Of a stretch of DNA of 64,000 nucleotides, positions 59,475-64,000 are shown piece by piece. Origin of the DNA: Oscillospiraceae bacterium (GTDB lineage Bacteria; Bacillota; Clostridia; Oscillospirales; CAG-272). Under the pieces are notes generated by a model, which made no database searches, had not been told where the DNA came from, and saw nothing but the letters and a program-made list of their open reading frames with translations. The DNA is taken from the NCBI GenBank assembly GCA_015064855.1, contig SVRK01000004.1, forward strand, positions 129,445 to 193,444, written 5' to 3'. Both the position numbers and the translations under genes were made by a program. The first letter of the stretch is position 1, and each line of letters begins with the position of its first letter.

Positions 59475-60408
59475 CTTCGTCCTCCTTAAAGCGCGCGCGG
59501 TATTTTTCTGTCATATGGTGTGGGTAGTAGCTGCTTTTTGCACGGCGCAGCCCCTCAACGCCCATATCCTCCTCACGGTCAAGAAATTTTATATCGGGAT
59601 ATTTTCTTTTTATATAATTTGCAAACTCATAGTTTATAGCAGAATAAGCCTCGGGTATCGCTTTTTCAAACTGTATATCAAAGGTGTCAAAAAGCAATCG
59701 CGAGCCCATGGTAAATGCAAGCACCTCGCCGCCGCTCGTTATCATTATGCCGTCTAATTTTAACGCTTCAAAATTTTCAAGCGCACAAGAGAGGGCATTA
59801 TGCTCATATGAAATATCGTTCTCGGGGTCGGCTTCTTGCTTTCTTTTATACCAAGATTCCGACATTTTTGCCACTTTGTGTATGTTTTCTTTAGTGATTT
59901 GCTCAATTTTATAGTCGGGAAACGCCTTTTTAAAGTTGTTAAGATGGTTGCGCTTCTTTTGATATTTTTTACCGCCAAGGGTGGCAAGGTCATCTATGCT
60001 ATATACGTAGTCAAACGAGCCAAGTCTGGCTTCAATTTTAACGCGCTCGCCATATACGTCTAAAAAGTCATTTAGTCTTTGTGGCGGAATGCTGTTGATT
60101 ATTGCGGTGATGCCACGCTTTTTTGCATCTGAAATAATTGACTCAAGAACAGGAAAGACATCTCCCCTGCCAATTGGGTATGGGTAAAAATCAAATTTAC
60201 CATATGAGGATAAAAGCACACAAAAATCGTCAGTATAGGCAATTTCGTGCTTGCCCCAGCAGATTAAATTAGAAAAAGAAAGCTCACATCCACGAAACGA
60301 GTCGGAGAATAAATATTTCTCATAAAGAGCTTTATCGCTTATTGATAAAGGGCGAAAATTTAAGACAATCGCATCTTTTTTCGGCATAGCTTCTAAAAAA
60401 ACAGACAT
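59464..60408 (-). CDS. DUF2156 (lysyl-PG synthase C-terminal-like) domain protein
   Basis: ELSFSNLICWGKH and the sequence KKYQKKRNHLN are typical of DUF2156. An AAGGAGG RBS precedes the ATG at 60408. Confidence 0.75.
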   Translation of the reverse strand: MSVFLEAMPKKDAIVLNFRPLSISDKALYEKYLFSDSFRGCELSFSNLICWGKHEIAYTDDFCVLLSSYGKFDFYPYPIGRGDVFPVLESIISDAKKRGITAIINSIPPQRLNDFLDVYGERVKIEARLGSFDYVYSIDDLATLGGKKYQKKRNHLNNFKKAFPDYKIEQITKENIHKVAKMSESWYKRKQEADPENDISYEHNALSCALENFEALKLDGIMITSGGEVLAFTMGSRLLFDTFDIQFEKAIPEAYSAINYEFANYIKRKYPDIKFLDREEDMGVEGLRRAKSSYYPHHMTEKYRARFKEDEDDS

Positions 60409-60584
60409 ATTTACCTCCTTGAAAATCAACTCACACAATTATAATACAATCAAAATGTGCTTTTGTCAATAACTCATTATGTCCAATTTTATAAAATTCA
60501 TATAATAAAACAATTTACTTTTTTGCTATATTATGATATAATTAATTTGTGATGTGCCAAATGCTTTGGCATAAGGAGGAAAAT

Positions 60585-62114
60585 ATGAAAAAAATACTTG
60601 GTGTTGAGTTCGGCTCAACAAGAATTAAATCAGTTTTGATAAATGAAAAGGGCGAGGTTTTGGCAAGCGGAGCGCACGACTGGGAAAACAAGCTCGAAGG
60701 CGGCTTTTGGACATACTCACTTGAGGATGTTTGGGCAGGCATGCAGGATTCATATAGCGACCTTGTTAAAAACTATGGCAAGAAAATAGATAGCCTTGAT
60801 GCTATCGGTGTTTCCGCTATGATGCACGGCTATCTTGCCTTCGATAAAAACGATAATTTGCTTGTTCCTTTTAGAACCTGGCGTAATACAACAACTGCCG
60901 AGGCACAAATTGAATTGACTCGTGAAATCAGCTTCAATATGCCACAAAGATGGAGTGGCACACACTTCTATCAAGCTGTTTTAAACAAAGAGGAGCACGT
61001 AAAGGACGTTGCCTTCTTAACTACCTTGGCAGGCTACGTGCATTGGAAGCTAACAGGTAAAAAGGTGCTTGGTATTGGCGATGCTGCCGGAATGTTCCCA
61101 ACAATAGAGAACGAATATGATAAGGAAAAATTAGAAATCTATAACGAGCTTCTTAAAAAGCACGGAGTTGATAAAAAATTAGAGGATTTACTCCCAACAC
61201 CTTTAATGGCAGGCGAAAACGCAGGTATCTTAACCAGTGAGGGCGCACTCTTACTTGACCCAACAGGCACACTGAAGTGTGGCGCAATTATGTGCCCACC
61301 TGAGGGAGATGCGGGTACTGGTATGGTTGCAACAAACGCGGTTAGAGTAAAAACGGGTAACGTATCCGCCGGCACTAGCGCATTTGCAATGGTAGTTCTT
61401 GAAAAGCCACTTTCTAAGGTAAGCACAGAGATTGACGTTGTTGCAACTCCGTCAGGAAAAACTGTTGCAATGGTACACGCAAATAACTTCACATCCGAGA
61501 TTAACGCGTGGGCATCACTATTTATGGAGGCTATCGAGCTTGCGGGTGGTTTAATAGGCAAGGGCAAGCTATACGATTTGCTTTATGAGATTTCATTAAA
61601 GAGCGATTCAGACGTTGGCGGTCTTGTTGGCTACAACTTCCTATCAGGTGAACCACTTGTTGGTATGGAAAAGGGAATTCCGATGGTAATGCGTAAGCCT
61701 GACGGTAAAATGACACTTGCTAACTTTATGCAAATGCAATTATATTCTGCACTTGGTGCTATGAGCATAGGTATGGAAATTCTTTCCGAGGAAAACGTTG
61801 AAATTGAGGCAATTTGCGGTCATGGTGGATTCTTTAAATATCCATTTGTCGGCGCAAATGCAATGAGCGCGGCGCTTTCGGCACCTGTTACAGTTATGAA
61901 AAACGCAGGTGAGGGCGGAGCTTGGGGTGTTGCACTCCTTGCCCTTTACGCAACAGAAAATGACGTAACCCTTGAAGACTTCCTTGACAAGCAATTTGCT
62001 ACTTGCGAGAAGGAAACAACCATCGCGTCCGACGAGGAAAAAGCGAAATTTGCAAGCTTTATGGCAGAGTACAAGAGGTATTTAACTGTTGAAAAACTAG
62101 CAACAGAAGTGTGA
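60585..62114 (+). CDS. FGGY-family carbohydrate kinase (xylulokinase-like)
   Basis: LGVEFGSTRIKSVLI, GDAGTGMVATNA and the C-terminal sequence HGGFFK are present. An AAGGAGG RBS precedes the ATG at 60585. Confidence 0.75.
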   Translation: MKKILGVEFGSTRIKSVLINEKGEVLASGAHDWENKLEGGFWTYSLEDVWAGMQDSYSDLVKNYGKKIDSLDAIGVSAMMHGYLAFDKNDNLLVPFRTWRNTTTAEAQIELTREISFNMPQRWSGTHFYQAVLNKEEHVKDVAFLTTLAGYVHWKLTGKKVLGIGDAAGMFPTIENEYDKEKLEIYNELLKKHGVDKKLEDLLPTPLMAGENAGILTSEGALLLDPTGTLKCGAIMCPPEGDAGTGMVATNAVRVKTGNVSAGTSAFAMVVLEKPLSKVSTEIDVVATPSGKTVAMVHANNFTSEINAWASLFMEAIELAGGLIGKGKLYDLLYEISLKSDSDVGGLVGYNFLSGEPLVGMEKGIPMVMRKPDGKMTLANFMQMQLYSALGAMSIGMEILSEENVEIEAICGHGGFFKYPFVGANAMSAALSAPVTVMKNAGEGGAWGVALLALYATENDVTLEDFLDKQFATCEKETTIASDEEKAKFASFMAEYKRYLTVEKLATEV

Positions 62115-62360
62115 GGGCGCAGGATAGGTGTAAAACCGAAAACACACTAAATTTACAGATAAACTAGCCCAACACAGTAGGGGCGACCATTGGTCGTCCG
62201 CTATCACCAATAAAGTAATATAAGGTCGAAAACGCACACCGTTCGGTGTGCGTTTCCCTCTTGTGTTTTCTATGTGCGACCAAGGGCTCTACCGTACACC
62301 AGTACGCCGACGTTCCCTTGCTCGCGCATTTTTCCTACCTCCCTTGTCCCTCAGGAGAAG
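62112..62360 (+). repeat. ~250-bp composite repeat, direct copy
   Basis: It begins at the kinase TGA and contains GGGGCGACCATTGGTCGTCC and the hairpin AAAACGCACACCGTTCGGTGTGCGTTT. An inverted homolog lies at 33296-33552. Confidence 0.88.
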
Positions 62361-62530
62361 TGAGGGCGCAGGGTAAATGAGGGCGCAGGATAGGTGTAAA
62401 ACCGAAAACACACTAAATTTATAGATAAACTATCCCAACACAGTAGGGGCGACCATTGGTCGTCCGCTATCACCAATAAAGTAATATAAGGTCGAAAACG
62501 CACACCGTTCGGTGTGCGTTTTCCTCTTTT
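62361..62530 (+). repeat. Tandem re-duplication of the first ~150 bp of the composite repeat
   Basis: TGAGGGCGCAGG occurs at 62361, and again at 62378 followed by a near-identical copy of 62112-62260. The terminal hairpin at 62495-62522 can serve as a bidirectional terminator. Confidence 0.88.
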
Positions 62531-64000
62531 ATTTATTAAAAGTAATTCTTAATTCAAAATTGCGTTCGCCTTGGTATAGTGTATAGTCAAGACAGTAGCA
62601 GATTTGGTCATAAGAGCCGTTTTCGTCTGGGAACTGTGCGGAGTATGGAACCTCGATAACCTTTAAAACGGAATTTCTTGAACCAACTAAAACAGTATCG
62701 CCAAGTGTTGCCTTGTTGCCGTCAACTACCGGCTTTGTAGTGGTGACAAAGCGCTCTGTTGCAATGGTTGGTGCGTTGAATTTGAATTTATCCTGCATTA
62801 TGATTTCGTCATCTCTGAAATAGAAGGTTCTTTCAGCCTTGTCAAGAGATTCAACTCCGTAGCCCGCGGTAAAGTCCATATAAACGGAGTCGTTTTCCTT
62901 GTCATATTTAGCAAAAACAATCTCGCGTCTAACGCCATCTTGGGGAATTCCATTAAAGAATGGAATATTGTGAGAAAGGGCTGACGGATTGAAGTTTGAA
63001 TATCTGTCGTTTCCGTGGTAGTTCTTGGTTTTAGCGGTTGGTCCCGGATAACCAAAGTCACAGAGAATTTGTTTGTTGTTTCTTGCCAAAATAAAGGAAG
63101 CAACGTCATTGTGGTTATGGCTCTCGCCATTGTCACCACCCTTACAGGTAAAGCCGTAATTGTCTGTGCGCTTTGTAAAATACGCGCAGTTTTCAGAGTA
63201 AAATGAGCCGTTTTCAAGCTTATCGGTCACATTTTCCTTCTTGAAGTAGAGAAGCGTACGAAGACCAAAGGAGAAATGAACGTAGCTGAATAGGTTAACG
63301 TCAAGCATAGGAAGCTTTTGTACGTCGTTTGGATAAACCTCGCGAAGCATATGTGCAAGACCATACCAGTAAACCTCTTTAAAATTACAGTCACTATATG
63401 AGGCTACAACCTTTGGTTGTAGATACATTCTTTGAATATAAGTAGAAATTGCTCTTACCTTATCGCGCTTGAACCAGTCGACCTCGCCATTTGTAAACTC
63501 ACGCTCGAGCATAGCGTAGTTGCAGAAGAAGCCGAAGCCAAATCCCCAATATGCAGTACCCTCAACACACATACCGTCCTCACGGTAAGGAGCTAGGTAA
63601 CACTCCATTGCATCGTGCAAGCGCTTTTGGTATTTGTAATATAAATCTGGTGCTTCATACATAAGAACCGCGCCGACAGATCCGTTACAAACCGCCGTCC
63701 AGTTGTTGTCGTGCGTTTCCCAGAAGAATTTTCTGTTTACGTATGGCTCAATAGTTCTGCGTCTTATCTCCGCTGTCATACGGTCAACTAAAAGCTGTGG
63801 GAATCTTTCCTTAAATAAATGCTTAATTTCCGCCATTGAAAAACCAACGGAGCAAGCAAAAATATCAAGAAGTCCGGGGTCGTAGTCTGATGGCTTTCTT
63901 TGATAGTAGTCATTATAGTGGCCGAGTGGCGCCCAAGCATACTCGTTACAGTAAGCCCAAACAACCTGTAAAAGATTGTTGTAATATTCCTCGTTATCAG
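62529..64000 (-). CDS. Heparinase II/III-like family protein (5' end outside window)
   Basis: The frame stays open from the listed Met at 63836 to the window end. The motif HNHNDVASFIL is present, with an alpha/alpha toroid-like N-terminal part. Confidence 0.6.
   Translation of the reverse strand, partial: DNEEYYNNLLQVVWAYCNEYAWAPLGHYNDYYQRKPSDYDPGLLDIFACSVGFSMAEIKHLFKERFPQLLVDRMTAEIRRRTIEPYVNRKFFWETHDNNWTAVCNGSVGAVLMYEAPDLYYKYQKRLHDAMECYLAPYREDGMCVEGTAYWGFGFGFFCNYAMLEREFTNGEVDWFKRDKVRAISTYIQRMYLQPKVVASYSDCNFKEVYWYGLAHMLREVYPNDVQKLPMLDVNLFSYVHFSFGLRTLLYFKKENVTDKLENGSFYSENCAYFTKRTDNYGFTCKGGDNGESHNHNDVASFILARNNKQILCDFGYPGPTAKTKNYHGNDRYSNFNPSALSHNIPFFNGIPQDGVRREIVFAKYDKENDSVYMDFTAGYGVESLDKAERTFYFRDDEIIMQDKFKFNAPTIATERFVTTTKPVVDGNKATLGDTVLVGSRNSVLKVIEVPYSAQFPDENGSYDQICYCLDYTLYQGERNFELRITFNK

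Overview
The window looks like the replication-origin neighbourhood of a low-GC Firmicutes (Clostridia-like) chromosome. This rests on my reading of the ORF translations and DNA motifs; no database search was possible. Core genes on the + strand are typA (partial), rlmH, mnmG, dnaA, dnaN, recF, remB, gyrB, gyrA, recA, recX, rimO and pgsA. oriC appears bipartite, with DnaA boxes on both sides of dnaA, a DnaA-trio-like CTA repeat and an AT-rich unwinding region. A pyrimidine operon follows (pyrC, carB, pyrK, pyrD, pyrF, pyrE, pyrB) with no carA or pyrR in the window. Its PyrB carries a fused PyrI-type zinc domain. Accessory content includes three paralogous surface lipoproteins on the - strand (624, 1541 and 519 aa). 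It also includes an ECF-like sigma factor coupled to a membrane-anchored beta-propeller protein, a glycoside-hydrolase cluster (GH36-like, GH43, GH78-like) with an AraC regulator, a BspA-type LRR gene broken by one in-frame TAG, a DUF2156/GNAT pair, an FGGY kinase and a partial heparinase II/III-like gene. The most unusual signal is a dense population of modular palindromic (REP/BIME-like) repeats in intergenic DNA. Two 122-aa DUF559 nuclease genes are each boxed in by long compound inverted repeats built from these modules; one sits inside the pyr operon. There is also a gene-less version of that cassette, and a solo repeat end that separates a diverged duplicate of the first 16 codons of the GH43 gene from the live gene. 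I propose a REPtron-like or homing-like DUF559/repeat system as the lead candidate for something undescribed. Other repeats are a 215-bp tandem array and a ~250-bp composite element that begins at stop codons and ends in a terminator hairpin.
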